64,000 nucleotides of DNA from Microcystaceae cyanobacterium. Its GTDB lineage: Bacteria; Cyanobacteriota; Cyanobacteriia; Cyanobacteriales; Microcystaceae. The first letter of the stretch is position 1. Each line of letters begins with the position of its first letter. The stretch covers positions 32,001 through 96,000 of the forward strand of contig JBGTGT010000101.1 in NCBI GenBank assembly GCA_041746575.1, given 5' to 3'. Positions 1-11,200 of the stretch are shown here, one piece after another. A model generated the notes under the pieces. It ran no database searches. It was not told the DNA's origin and was given only the letters and a program-made list of their open reading frames with translations. The position numbers and the translations under genes were made by a program.

Positions 1-590
1 CAACCGGCGATCGCTTCTTCGCAATGATCGAGGACTTTATCTACTTGACGACGACGTGAGGCGGGAAACATTTTCAAAAAAAGGTGGCGATAAGGAGTAG
101 GATTTAATAACATCATGAGGGTGAGAACAATCAACAATAACAGATTTAAAGTAATGGTTAAAGTATTAGAAAATAAGGTGAAAAACCGTCCAAATACCAT
201 TTCTAAATCGAGAGATTGAAGTTGTTGGAAAAGATAATCAATACTCTGAATATTTCGGAAAGCAGGAAAAGTATTTTCAAGGGATATTACCCAATCTTGC
301 AGACGCGCCGTTACTTGTGGCGTTAAGTAAAAAAATTCTTGTAACTGATTGGCAAAAGGAGGGAAAACAATTACTCCAAAAATTCCCAACATTAATAAGA
401 CGGCACTCGCTGATATCAATACAGCAACATTCCGAGAAGGTATCCACCGATGTAAACGTTTAACGGCTCGATTTAAGACAACGACACAAACAACGGCAGT
501 AAAAGTTAACAGTAAAACATTGCGAATTTGCCAACAAATCCACAAACAAATTACAAAAATAATGATCCTAAGCCACTGGCTAAACTTCAC
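1..590 (-). CDS. AI-2E family transporter (partial; runs off window start)
   Basis: Manual translation from GTG at 590: MKFSQWLRIIIFVICLWICWQIRNVLLLTFTAVVCVVVLNRAV...VFPPFANQLQE; multi-TM pattern typical of AI-2E N-termini. Confidence 0.8.
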   Translation of the reverse strand, partial: MKFSQWLRIIIFVICLWICWQIRNVLLLTFTAVVCVVVLNRAVKRLHRWIPSRNVAVLISASAVLLMLGIFGVIVFPPFANQLQEFFYLTPQVTARLQDWVISLENTFPAFRNIQSIDYLFQQLQSLDLEMVFGRFFTLFSNTLTITLNLLLLIVLTLMMLLNPTPYRHLFLKMFPASRRRQVDKVLDHCEEAIAG

Positions 591-687
591 CGATTTTACT
601 TTGTAATAAATAATAAAAGTTACACTAGCTGAAACAGCATAATTATTTTTACTCAAAAACTCATCCATCAGCAGAAATAACTAATGC

Positions 688-703
688 TCTGTCAAAAGAT
701 AGA
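688..703. promoter_or_regulatory. Candidate operator TCTGTC-N4-GATAGA
   Basis: Palindrome in a divergent intergenic region; similar motif at 25003, 25037 and 48639. Confidence 0.45.
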
Positions 704-866
704 TTAATATTATGACGATTTATTTTCGGTCAGAAGGGTGATGTGGAAAAGATAAATGATTTGTTAATTTCAAAATAGAGTTAGATATTCGTGCATTTCG
801 TGCATACATAACAGTCGCTTAAGATCAGCAAACTTAATCATATTATAGCGTTGGGGAAATAGGAAG

Positions 867-1382
867 ATGTCTCAACAATCCTTATCAAATTCGGCCAAAT
901 TAGAAACAACTTGGGCAAAGTTTCCCACTGAATCAGCGGCCGTTGCTACTCAAAAACAATTAGAAACGAAGGGAATCGCCCCCGAAAAAATTACAATAGA
1001 AACGAAAAACTTTAAACCTCGACTTCAACTGAAAAATACGCAAGCCCTTGCCAACCTCAAAACGGGAGCGATTACGGGAGGAGTAATGGGGGCGTTAGTC
1101 GGTTTATTTCTTAGTTTATTAACCACTAATTTTTTCAGTCTAGGATTAGCCGCCTTAGACAATTTCCGAGCGATTCATTACTTCGCCCCTTTGATGGGGG
1201 GGATCGTGGGAGCAGTGGGTTTCGGTTTAATGACTGAAATTGGAGGGATAGAGGCACCTAAACCTGACGCAGATATTAAAAATAGCGACGATCAACCCTT
1301 AGAGAAAAACTATCTAGTGGTGGTCAAAGGAACAGCCGAAGAAATACAACTCGCTCAATCTATTTTTGGACAAGATCAGTAA
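867..1382 (+). CDS. Membrane protein, general-stress-protein-like
   Basis: Gly-zipper TM helices (GAITGGVMGALVG; MGGIVGAVG) and C-terminal YLVVVKGTAEEIQLAQSI. Confidence 0.6.
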   Translation: MSQQSLSNSAKLETTWAKFPTESAAVATQKQLETKGIAPEKITIETKNFKPRLQLKNTQALANLKTGAITGGVMGALVGLFLSLLTTNFFSLGLAALDNFRAIHYFAPLMGGIVGAVGFGLMTEIGGIEAPKPDADIKNSDDQPLEKNYLVVVKGTAEEIQLAQSIFGQDQ

Positions 1383-1453
1383 CTGCAAAAGCAATCAAAC
1401 TTCCTTTCCCAGTTAATCTTTTTGTAAATCGTAAAGTAAGTGGAATCAAACCA

Positions 1454-2605
1454 ATGACAAATAACCCCCTTTCAGCCATTAATGACTACGGACAAAGTAT
1501 TTGGATGGACAATCTTAGTCGTCCTTTGATCGCGTCAGGTGAACTTGAAGAAATGATGGAAAAATATGGACTCCGAGGAATTACCTCCAACCCCATTATT
1601 TTCGAAAAAGCCATTTCAGGAAATCCGATTTATGATGCGGATATCGAGGCAGGAATCAAAGCCAATAAATCAGTATCAGAAATTTACGAATCTCTCGTTT
1701 TCGAAGATATCCGGAATGCTTGCGATCGCTTTCGTTCCTTATATGAAGAAACCCATGGACAAGACGGCTTTGTGAGTCTGGAAGTATCCCCTCACCTAGC
1801 CAAAGATACCCAAGAAACAGTAGAGGAAGCATTACGTTTCTATCAAGCTGTTAATCGTCCTAATGTGATGATTAAAATTCCCGGTACAGCGGAAGGATTT
1901 CCTGCTATAGAACGGGTGATCGGACAAGGCATTAATGTTAATGTTACTCTGCTGTTTTCTTTAGAAAGTTATGAACAGGCCGCTTGGGCGTATATTCGAG
2001 GGTTAGAGAATCGAATTGCTAAAGATCAACCCATTGATAAAATTGCTTCCGTCGCCAGTTTTTTTCTGAGTCGCATTGACACGAAGATTGATGATTGTAT
2101 TGATCAAAAACTCAGTAAAATTGGCACCGAAAACCTCAGCGAAGAAGCCCGTTTGGAGAAGATAAAAGGAAAAGTGGCTATTGCCCAAGCCAAATTGGCT
2201 TACCAAAAACAGCAAGAGATTCTCAAGAGTCGTCGTTGGCAAACCTTAGCAGAGAAAGGCGCAAATATACAGCGACTTTTATGGGCAAGCACCAGCACTA
2301 AAAACCCCCAATATAGTGATGTGATGTACGTCGATGCGCTCATGATTCCTAATACAGTGAATACCCTTCCCCCGAATACTCTTGAAGCCTGTGCAGATCA
2401 CTGCCAACCCCCAGAAAATCGGATTGAAATGAATGTAGAAGAAGCCAAAAACTTACTGGCGAGTCTGCAAGATTCGGACGTTAATATTGATCTCAGCCAA
2501 GTCACTAATGAACTGTTAGAAGAAGGACTCGAAAAATTTGTTCAACCCTACGATTCTTTGATGCAATCATTAGAAGATAAGATTAAACAACTCTCACCTG
2601 TTTAA
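1454..2605 (+). CDS. tal: Transaldolase
   Basis: GQSIWMDNLSR, GITSNP, NVMIKIPGT, NVNVTLLFS, QRLLWASTSTK motifs. Confidence 0.95.
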   Translation: MTNNPLSAINDYGQSIWMDNLSRPLIASGELEEMMEKYGLRGITSNPIIFEKAISGNPIYDADIEAGIKANKSVSEIYESLVFEDIRNACDRFRSLYEETHGQDGFVSLEVSPHLAKDTQETVEEALRFYQAVNRPNVMIKIPGTAEGFPAIERVIGQGINVNVTLLFSLESYEQAAWAYIRGLENRIAKDQPIDKIASVASFFLSRIDTKIDDCIDQKLSKIGTENLSEEARLEKIKGKVAIAQAKLAYQKQQEILKSRRWQTLAEKGANIQRLLWASTSTKNPQYSDVMYVDALMIPNTVNTLPPNTLEACADHCQPPENRIEMNVEEAKNLLASLQDSDVNIDLSQVTNELLEEGLEKFVQPYDSLMQSLEDKIKQLSPV

Positions 2606-2739
2606 TTTTAAATTAAGGATCGAAAATGAGAAATTTTTGGTCCTTAACTTTTACGATTGCTTTCTTGATTTTAAAACCTTGCCCAATCTTTAACTATCTA
2701 AAAAATTAAGCCCTACCAGCGCAATAGAAAAGTCATCAG

Positions 2740-2813
2740 GGCGAACGACGGGACTTGAACCCGCGAGTGGTGGAACCACAATCCACTGCCTTAACCACTT
2801 GGCTACGCTCGCC
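2740..2813 (-). tRNA. tRNA-His(GUG)
   Basis: GGCGAGCGTAGCCAAGTGGTTAAGGCAGTGGATTGTGGTTCCACCACTCGCGGGTTCAAGTCCCGTCGTTCGCC; anticodon GTG, encoded G-1, C discriminator, no encoded CCA. Confidence 0.97.
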
Positions 2814-2900
2814 ATTTGCAAAATCTATTATAACATAGGATTAAAAGGTAACAATCGCTCAGTGTGATCAATCTAAAAAGCCGTGTCGATTAAAACCGCA

Positions 2901-3281
2901 ATGAAAGGCTCAAAAGTGACCGCCATGGTAGGGGGGCTGGTGCTAGGGGTGATGGGAGGAATGCTCATTGTCACTAACCCCGGTCAACGAGAATACGAAG
3001 CTTATGCCACGGATGCTCTTAGTACCTATCTTAAACAAGAAGTTTGTAATCAAGTCGCTCAAGAGCTTAGAGGTGCATTAACCAGCTATTGCAAAACGTT
3101 GGTAGATACAGGAAGGCCGCAAATTCAGCAAATTATTGCTCAAAAAACCATAAGAGCAAATTATCTTCTTTTTAGCATCTATGAGACTAAATTATGGATG
3201 CCTTCCCCCGTTCCTAGTTATCAATTTACGTCCTTGGGTATCTTTGAGCAATTTTATACCTACGAAGCAGATGAACTTTAG
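2901..3281 (+). CDS. DUF4359-like protein
   Basis: N-terminal TM, TNPGQREYEAYA, two Cys, NYLLFSIYET; ATG at 2901 preferred over GTG 2883. Confidence 0.75.
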   Translation: MKGSKVTAMVGGLVLGVMGGMLIVTNPGQREYEAYATDALSTYLKQEVCNQVAQELRGALTSYCKTLVDTGRPQIQQIIAQKTIRANYLLFSIYETKLWMPSPVPSYQFTSLGIFEQFYTYEADEL

Positions 3282-3309
3282 AGATTAAACCATTTAATTT
3301 AAGCAAAAT

Positions 3310-4923
3310 ATGCAAACAAATTGGTACTTTAAACTATTTTTGAGCAGTTTAATCGGCTCATCCTTGAGTATTCCCGTTCATGCCTTGAATACTTCCGTTG
3401 GAGAAGCGGGAATTGATGCAGAACGTCTTCATAATCCTCCCTACACATTAACAGGGCGCAAAATTGGCATTGGTCAAGTAGAAATTGGACGCCCGGGGAA
3501 ATTTGGTTTTGATAAAGTGGCGGCATGGCATCCCGTTTATAACCTAAAAGGGATTTATTTTCGTAACAAAGACGCAAAACCGAACGCTAATGTCGATCAT
3601 CATGCGGCGATGGTCGCCACCGTCTTAGCCAGTCAAGATAAACGCTTAAGAGGGGTTGCGCCGGCGGCCAATTTATATACAGCTGCTGTAGGGGTTTTAA
3701 AATATGGGGGGCAAATCGAGGAATGTTTAGCCGCCCAACACATTGCCCAACAAAACGGAGAAGATGTCCGTGCCATCAATTTCAGTTTCGGGGAATCTTT
3801 AGAACGCGATAGTCGCCAAAACGCCACCTTAGACGGTAATGCCCTCTTAACTCAATGTATTGATTGGTCAGCCCGTGTCCATGATGTGTTGTATGTAGTG
3901 GCGGGAAATCAAGGAAAAGGAGGGATTCCCATTCCCACTGACCAATATAATGGAATTACGACTGCCTACACCGCAAAACGAGATGGCATCTATCAAAAGG
4001 TCGATTTTGCCAACCTCAGTGACTTTCCCTTGGGAGTCGGTCGCAGTTTGATTAAACGGGAGATTAATGAAGGCGCAAGACGGGCGATTAATTTAACCGC
4101 CCCCGGTCATAAATTATTACTCTACGACTTAAGCGGCAAGATTAATGAGGTCAGTGGCACCAGTTTTGCCGCCCCCCACATTACGGGAACAGTGGCCTTA
4201 TTGCAAGAATGGGGCGATCGCCTTCTCCACACTCGTCAGCTGCACTGGGGACTGGCCGCCCGTCGCCACGAAGTTATGAAGGCGGTATTATTGAATTCTG
4301 CCGATAAAATCGCTGATCAGGGGAATGGGTTAGCCTTGGGCATGACTCGCACCCTATTCAGTAAAAATAGTCGAACGTGGTTACAATCCGATGCCTATCG
4401 TAATCCTAAGATTCCCCTCGATATTGAGATGGGAACGGGACATTTAAACGCCTATCGAGCCTATCAGCAGTTTAATGGCGGTCAATGGTCACCGAGGATA
4501 AAAGTTCCGGCAATTGGCTGGAATTATGACAGCTTGCCTCCCCAAAATCATCAAGAATATTCCTTAAAAGAGCCTCTCGTTAAGGATAGCTTTATTTCGA
4601 TTACACTGGCATGGGATCGTCAGATTGAACTCAACGATAGCAATCATAACCAGCAATATGACAAAGGAGAGTCATTTATCAATCGAGGGTTAAATAATTT
4701 AGATGTATATTTATTATCTGAATCTGCGGCTCACACCGGTTATGTCTGCGCCTCTCTAAGTGACGGAGATAGCTTAGAACATATTTTTTGTCGTATTCCC
4801 CAAACAGGATACTATAAAATTCGGGTTCAATCTCGTCAAAGTGTAACCCGTGAAGCTCAACCCTATGCGATCGCTTGGTGGAGTGCAGGGAAAAAGGCAA
4901 CCGTAAAAGTCCCATCCCGTTAA
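3310..4923 (+). CDS. Secreted S8 (subtilisin-like) serine peptidase
   Basis: Signal peptide, HHAAMVA, VAGN, SGTSFAAPHITG. Confidence 0.88.
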   Translation: MQTNWYFKLFLSSLIGSSLSIPVHALNTSVGEAGIDAERLHNPPYTLTGRKIGIGQVEIGRPGKFGFDKVAAWHPVYNLKGIYFRNKDAKPNANVDHHAAMVATVLASQDKRLRGVAPAANLYTAAVGVLKYGGQIEECLAAQHIAQQNGEDVRAINFSFGESLERDSRQNATLDGNALLTQCIDWSARVHDVLYVVAGNQGKGGIPIPTDQYNGITTAYTAKRDGIYQKVDFANLSDFPLGVGRSLIKREINEGARRAINLTAPGHKLLLYDLSGKINEVSGTSFAAPHITGTVALLQEWGDRLLHTRQLHWGLAARRHEVMKAVLLNSADKIADQGNGLALGMTRTLFSKNSRTWLQSDAYRNPKIPLDIEMGTGHLNAYRAYQQFNGGQWSPRIKVPAIGWNYDSLPPQNHQEYSLKEPLVKDSFISITLAWDRQIELNDSNHNQQYDKGESFINRGLNNLDVYLLSESAAHTGYVCASLSDGDSLEHIFCRIPQTGYYKIRVQSRQSVTREAQPYAIAWWSAGKKATVKVPSR

Positions 4924-5100
4924 CCTGAGTTTGGGTTAAAGAATCGTTCATTCAATCGTTCTTTTTGCGATCGTCAACTTAGTACGATTACTGTCTGCTA
5001 CCCAAAAAATCAATGGTGTAATCAGGACTCAGAAGCGGGAGCAAATACACTATAGTTAGAAGAATAGAGCAAACCCCTGTGTAAGAGAAAGAGATCCCCT

Positions 5101-5475
5101 ATGAGTACCATTCTAGTCGTTGATGATAGTCAGACTCAACGAGAGTACATGATTGAGTTGCTAACAGAATGCGGATACACCGTTAAGAGTGCCAGCAATG
5201 GCAAGGACGCTTTGGTAAAAATCCGCCAAGACCTGCCCGATTTGGTCATTTTAGACATTGTTATGCCAGAGAGAAATGGTTTTCAGGCCTGTCGAGATAT
5301 TAAAGAAGATCCAAAAACCAAACATATTCCTGTCATTATTTGTTCGACAAAAAACACCGAGGCCGATATTTATTGGGCGTTAAAACAAGGGGCTTCAGAT
5401 TATGTCATTAAGCCCTATGAACCCGAAGTTTTACTCACTACCATTAAACGGATCTTTAGAAATCCCCAGTCCTAA
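5101..5475 (+). CDS. Single-domain CheY/PilH-like response regulator
   Basis: ILVVDD, LVILDIVMP, YVIKP. Confidence 0.92.
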   Translation: MSTILVVDDSQTQREYMIELLTECGYTVKSASNGKDALVKIRQDLPDLVILDIVMPERNGFQACRDIKEDPKTKHIPVIICSTKNTEADIYWALKQGASDYVIKPYEPEVLLTTIKRIFRNPQS

Positions 5476-5652
5476 GTTTTGTGAAGAAAAATTGCGCCGA
5501 ATCAAACTTTAACAAAATGTTCCATTGTGAGCAGAAAGGTGATCGTTAACTCTGCTATTTTGGGAATCTTAGTGATTAAGTTAAGTAAGGTTATCCCTTC
5601 TCGTTGAAATAAGGGATGACGAGACAAACTCAGTTTATCGCAATGAGTTCTT

Positions 5653-7443
5653 ATGATCATACGTTGGCCTTGGCGATTCTGGATAGCCCCTAGGATCAGT
5701 GGCATATTAATGCTTCTTTTGAGTCTAAGCAGTTCTCTAAGCTGTCGCGCGATCGCTGCCGATGTGTTAACCCTACGTGTTAGCGGATGGCAACGGTCGT
5801 TTGAGCTAAAAGATTTAGAATATTGGCAAAAAACAGGCGAAATTCCGCCCCATTTGGACGCTGATCGCTGGTTGTTGACCCCCAAAACCCAGCAGTTATT
5901 GGGACAACGCTTAAATGTGGATAGTGCTGTCGCGATCGCGTTTTTAGAACAAATCGAAAAGTCGGGAGATGGGAAAAAATTACTCCAACAACTGACGACG
6001 GCTTTACCCAATACCACGGAAGCAACCCTGAAAGCGGCATTGATTGAAAGCTGGCAACAAAACGAAGATTTTCGCTTTTTATCCTTCGTCCGCGCCTATC
6101 CTGCCCCTAATTTAACTGTCGATCTGGCGAAATTAACCGAAATGGGGATTCAAGTTAAAAGTGCCTCTTGGCAAGGCCAATTACTGCGCCCCTATCTCAG
6201 GCAAGCCTTTCAATCATCCACCGTATCCCTCGCAAAAGCGATCAGTGATCCCAGTCAAGTCGGAGAGCAATCGGTACAGGTTAGAACCTTATTTTTTGAA
6301 GATATTCGTCGAAAAAGAAGAATTCCTCTGGATATTTATACGGGAAAGACCACAGAAAATACTTTGGTGGTCATGTCTCACGGTTTTGCGGCAGATCGTC
6401 GTTTTGGGATGTATTTAGCCCACCATTTAGCATCCCATGGCTTTACTGTGGTGTCACTTGAACATCCGGGCAGTAATATCCAAGCCTTAGTCGATTCCGC
6501 TTGGGGAGTAGATTCTAACGAAATTCTGTCTGCGTCTGAGTTTATTGAGCGGCCGCAAGATGTCCGCTTTGTCTTAGATCGCTTAGCCCGTTTAAACCGT
6601 CTTCCCCCCTTTCAGAATCAATTGCCAACACAATCAGTGGTTATGGTGGGACATTCATTTGGAGGATACACCGCCTTTGCCTTAGCGGGTGCAACCTTAG
6701 ATCTAAAACGGTTACGTCAATCATGTCAACGCTTAGCCCCGTTGGAACGTTCTCCAGCAGACTGGTTACAGTGTTCGGCTGCTAAGTTACCTTATGCCCA
6801 ATTACAGTTCAAAGATGCTCGAATTAAAGGAATTATTGCCTTAAATCCAATTACAGGAGAATTATTTAAGGATTTGTCCCAAGTGACCGTTCCCAGTTTG
6901 ATTTTATCAAGCAGTGACGATGGAATTACCCCCATTGTCTCCCATCAACTCCGTCCCTTTCAGCAGCTTAAACACGAGAAATACCTTATCTTAGCGATGG
7001 GGGCAACCCACATGAGCGTCACCGATGTCAGTAATCTCGACAGTGCGATCGCTCAAAGCACCCTTGTACGAGAAGTCATGGGAGAAGAGGCAAAACCGGT
7101 TCGAGAGGGAGTAAAAGGAGTTACTTTGGCTTTTTTAAAACAATTTAGCTCAGAAGCTCTAATTTATCGTCCCTATTTAAGCGATAATTACCTCAGATCC
7201 TTTGCCACCCCTCAAACGCAACTCTATTTGAGCCAAAAATTACCCCTAACCCTCAAAATTTTAATGCCGACTCTTGATATCGGCACCCAAACCTTAACCC
7301 GACGTTCTCCTTTCTTGTTAAGCCCTCGGATGGTGGAGATGAGATCCTATTTTAACCATGCTCAACAAATGTTAAATCGTCCTGAATACTGTACGCGGCA
7401 AGTGGATGATATGTTTACAGCTTTGTTGAAAAATTTCAGTTAA
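5653..7443 (+). CDS. DUF1400-type alpha/beta hydrolase
   Basis: SHGFAA, GHSFGG nucleophile elbow, GATHMS. Confidence 0.85.
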   Translation: MIIRWPWRFWIAPRISGILMLLLSLSSSLSCRAIAADVLTLRVSGWQRSFELKDLEYWQKTGEIPPHLDADRWLLTPKTQQLLGQRLNVDSAVAIAFLEQIEKSGDGKKLLQQLTTALPNTTEATLKAALIESWQQNEDFRFLSFVRAYPAPNLTVDLAKLTEMGIQVKSASWQGQLLRPYLRQAFQSSTVSLAKAISDPSQVGEQSVQVRTLFFEDIRRKRRIPLDIYTGKTTENTLVVMSHGFAADRRFGMYLAHHLASHGFTVVSLEHPGSNIQALVDSAWGVDSNEILSASEFIERPQDVRFVLDRLARLNRLPPFQNQLPTQSVVMVGHSFGGYTAFALAGATLDLKRLRQSCQRLAPLERSPADWLQCSAAKLPYAQLQFKDARIKGIIALNPITGELFKDLSQVTVPSLILSSSDDGITPIVSHQLRPFQQLKHEKYLILAMGATHMSVTDVSNLDSAIAQSTLVREVMGEEAKPVREGVKGVTLAFLKQFSSEALIYRPYLSDNYLRSFATPQTQLYLSQKLPLTLKILMPTLDIGTQTLTRRSPFLLSPRMVEMRSYFNHAQQMLNRPEYCTRQVDDMFTALLKNFS

Positions 7444-7582
7444 TCAGGCATCTTGTTTGAGGATTGATGCTCTCACGGTTTTTGAAAAAGGGTACTGTAA
7501 AGATTAGAAAGCCAGATCAATGATGACAGGTTACTGCTATACAATAAAAATCTAAAACGCTATTCAATGCAACGGAATTCTC

Positions 7583-8215
7583 ATGAAAATTTTATTGGTC
7601 GAAGATGACCCCCTGATGCAGTTAGGATTAGAACAAGCCCTAACGGAACAAACAGACTTTGAAATTATTGGTCAAGCAGAGGATGGTCATTTAGCCGTTC
7701 AAAAAGCACTAGAACTCAAGCCTGATCTGATTGTAATGGATATTGGTTTACCCCGTCTCGATGGTATTGCGGCAACGCAACAAATTAAAGCCAAATTGCC
7801 TCATATTCATGTGGTTATCTTGACATCTCATACCTTACCGACGGAAGTCATCGCTGCCTTATCCAGCGGTGCAGATGCCTACTGTGTCAAAGGAACGCGT
7901 TTAGATCGTTTATTGGCGGCTATCGAAGCGGCGCAAGAAGGAGCAACCTATCTCGATCCCCAAATTGCGCGATTAGTCATTGAGAATTTGAAATCCCCAA
8001 TCTCAGAAGTTCATCCTAATATTAGTAATTTATCCGAACGAGAAATGGATGTTCTCAAGTTAATTGTTGACGGTAAAAGTAATAACGAAATTGCAGAAGA
8101 ATTGTATCTAAGTACCAATACGATTAAAACCCATGTGCGAGGAATTATGAATAAATTATCGGTTGATGCTCGAGTTCAAGCCGCCGTGATTGCCTTAAGA
8201 TCAGGTATCGTTTGA
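7583..8215 (+). CDS. NarL/LuxR family response regulator
   Basis: Receiver domain (LLVEDD, VMDIGLP) plus LuxR HTH (LSERE...TIKTHV). Confidence 0.93.
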   Translation: MKILLVEDDPLMQLGLEQALTEQTDFEIIGQAEDGHLAVQKALELKPDLIVMDIGLPRLDGIAATQQIKAKLPHIHVVILTSHTLPTEVIAALSSGADAYCVKGTRLDRLLAAIEAAQEGATYLDPQIARLVIENLKSPISEVHPNISNLSEREMDVLKLIVDGKSNNEIAEELYLSTNTIKTHVRGIMNKLSVDARVQAAVIALRSGIV

Positions 8216-8257
8216 TGGTTCAAAATATCTTAATTCTGTTTGTTGGCTGATCTCATT

Positions 8258-11200
8258 ATGATTACTTTAAGTGGCTATCAACTACTCCATAAATTATATG
8301 AAAGTGATCAATCTTTGATTTATCGAGGATATCGTCAAAGCGATCGCCAACCGATGATTTTTAAGATTCTCAAGCAAGAATATCCCAGTCCTACAGAACT
8401 GACTCGCTATCAACAAGAATATGAGATTACGCGACGTTTAGAGGTGGATTCTGCTATTCACACCTATGGCTTAGAAAAATATAAAAATACGCTGATTATT
8501 CTTCTAGAAGATTTTGGCGGAGAGTCTCTGAGTCATTTAATAAAGCATCGTTCCTTTAGTCTAGAAGATATCTTAAAGATAGCGATTAAAGTGACGGAGG
8601 GATTGGCACAAATTCATGAGATGAATATTATTCATAAAGATATTAATCCGGCGAATATTATTGTTAACTTGGAGAAAGAACAGGTTAAAATTATTGATTT
8701 TGGAATTTCCACAGCTTTACCGAAAGAAAACCCCATTTTACAAAGTCCAAATGTCCTAGAAGGAACGTTATATTATATCTCCCCTGAACAAACAGGACGC
8801 ATGAATTGTGCATTGGATTATCGCACAGATTTTTATTCATTAGGGGCAACGTTATATGAATTATTAACATCCCGTCCCCCTTTTATAAGCAATGACGAAA
8901 TGGAATTGATTCACTGTCATTTGGCAAGAATTCCTATTGCTCCTCATCAAATTGATCCCCTGATTCCTCCTATTTTATCAGAAATTACCCTTAAATTATT
9001 AGCTAAGCGTGCTGATGAACGTTACCAAAGTGCTTGGGGAATTAAAGCAGACTTAGAAATTAGTCTAGAACAATTACAAGAACAGAATCAAATTGTCTCT
9101 TTTCCCCTTGCTCTAAAAGATCACTCTCATCGGTTTCAATTACCTCAAAAGCTCTACGGAAGAGAAGCAGAAATTCAAACCTTACTCGCCGCTTTTGATC
9201 GAGTTTGCAATCAAGTTCCTTCCCAAAGTGAAATTGTCTTAATTTCAGGCTATTCGGGGGTAGGAAAGTCGGCTTTAGTTAGAGAAATTTATCAGCCTTT
9301 AACCAAAGCGAGGGGCTTTTTTATCGCAGGAAAATTCGATCAATATCAAAGGGATATTCCTTATTCTGCCATTATTTTAGCATTTCAAGACTTAATTAGT
9401 CAACTGCTGACCGAAAAAGAAAATAAACTGACTATTTGGCGTAGAAAATTAAAGGCGGCTTTAGGTAATAATGGACAAGTGATGATTGAGGTCATTCCCG
9501 ATATTGAACTGATTATTGGTTCTCAATTGTCCATCCCTGTGTTGCCTCCAACGGAAGCCCAAAATCGCTTTAACTTTGTTTTTGAAAGATTTATTCAAGT
9601 TTTTACGCAACCGGATCATCCTTTAGTTATTTTTTTAGATGATTTACAGTGGTCTGACCCTGCTTCTCTACAATTATTACAACGATTAATAAAAGGGGAA
9701 AATTCTCAAAGTTTATTACTAATCGGAGCTTATCGGGATCGAGAAATTAATCTGACTCATCCGCTTCATTTTACCTTAGAAGTGATCCAAAAATCTCAGG
9801 TTAGAATGACATTGATTGCTTTAAATTCTCTTAATTTATCGGATATTAACCAATTAATTGGTGACGGATTTAAGTGTTCTGAAGAAAATGCAGAATCCTT
9901 AGCTCAATTAATTTTAGAAAAAACCAACGGCAATCCTTTTTTTGTCAATGAATTTTTAAGGTCACTTTATGAAAAAAATTTACTTTATTTTAATCACCAA
10001 CAAGAAAATTGGCAATGGAATCTTGAAGAAATTAAAGCACAAGCCATTTCTGAAAATGTCGTAGATTTAATGACTCAAAAAATCAGTACCTTAGATAGGG
10101 ATATTCAAACTGTTTTAAAGAATGCCGCTTGTATTGGTAATCAATTTGATTTAAAAACCTTGGCGTTATTGATAGATCAATCATTTAGTCGAACCGCTCA
10201 ATTATTAACATCGGCAATGACGGAAGGACTGATTGTTCCTTTAAATGATCAATATAAATTAATTCAATCGGAAGTGTCTGGAAATCAAACTGACTTGAAG
10301 GTTAAATATAGATTTTCCCATGACCGAATTCAACAGGCGGCTTATTCCTTAATGAACCCAGCAGAAAAACCGCTAATTCATCGTCAAGTTGGACAACTTC
10401 TTTTAGAAAAAATTCCTGTTGATCAAAGAGAGAAAAGAATATTTGATATCATTAATCAATTGAATATGGTGATTCCTCAAATTACCTCTGATGCAGAGCG
10501 GAAAGACCTTGCCGCTTTAAATTTAATTGCAGGAAAACGAGCAAAAGCGTCAGCCGCCTATCAATCTGCTTATCAATATTTTACCATTGGTCGAGAGCTT
10601 TTGACCTTAACAGGATGGCAATTCCATTATCATTTAATGTTAGAGATCTGCACAGAAACAGTGGAAGTAGCATACCTCAACGGTGATTTTTGGGCAATGG
10701 AGAATCTCGCAGAAGAGGTCTTACAAAAAGCTTTAACTTTGTTGGATAAAATTAAAGTTTATGAAGTTAAAATTACAGCGTATAAAACTCAAAGTCAATC
10801 ATTAGAAGCAATTAAACTTGCCATTTCAGTTTTAGAAGAATTGGGTTTGAAAATTCCGCAAAATCCCCAAAGAATACACGTTATTCTCAGCTATTATCAA
10901 ACAAAATGGATGTTATTGAGAACAGGTCAATCCGTTCAAGCATTAAGTCAGCTTCCTCCTCTAAAAGATACAGGATTACAGGCGGCAATGAGAATCATGG
11001 CGGGTTTGCTAGCAGTGACCTATTTTGCCTCCCCTAAATTGATGTCTATATTGATTTGTAGAATGGTACAAATTTCTATAGAGCATGGCTTAAGTCCTGT
11101 GTTTCCCCTTGCTTATGCCGCTTATGGGGGCTTACTTTGTGGTAATTTTAATGATATTAAAACGGGCTATCAATTTGGGGAATTAGCGATTAAATTATTA

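Noticed and set aside
349..606. 85-aa plus-strand ORF
   Set aside because: Antisense to the AI-2E transporter gene
2700..2830. tRNA-His as an integration site
   Set aside because: No integrase and no duplicated tRNA 3' end seen in the window
5502..6017. 171-aa minus-strand ORF
   Set aside because: Antisense shadow of the DUF1400 hydrolase
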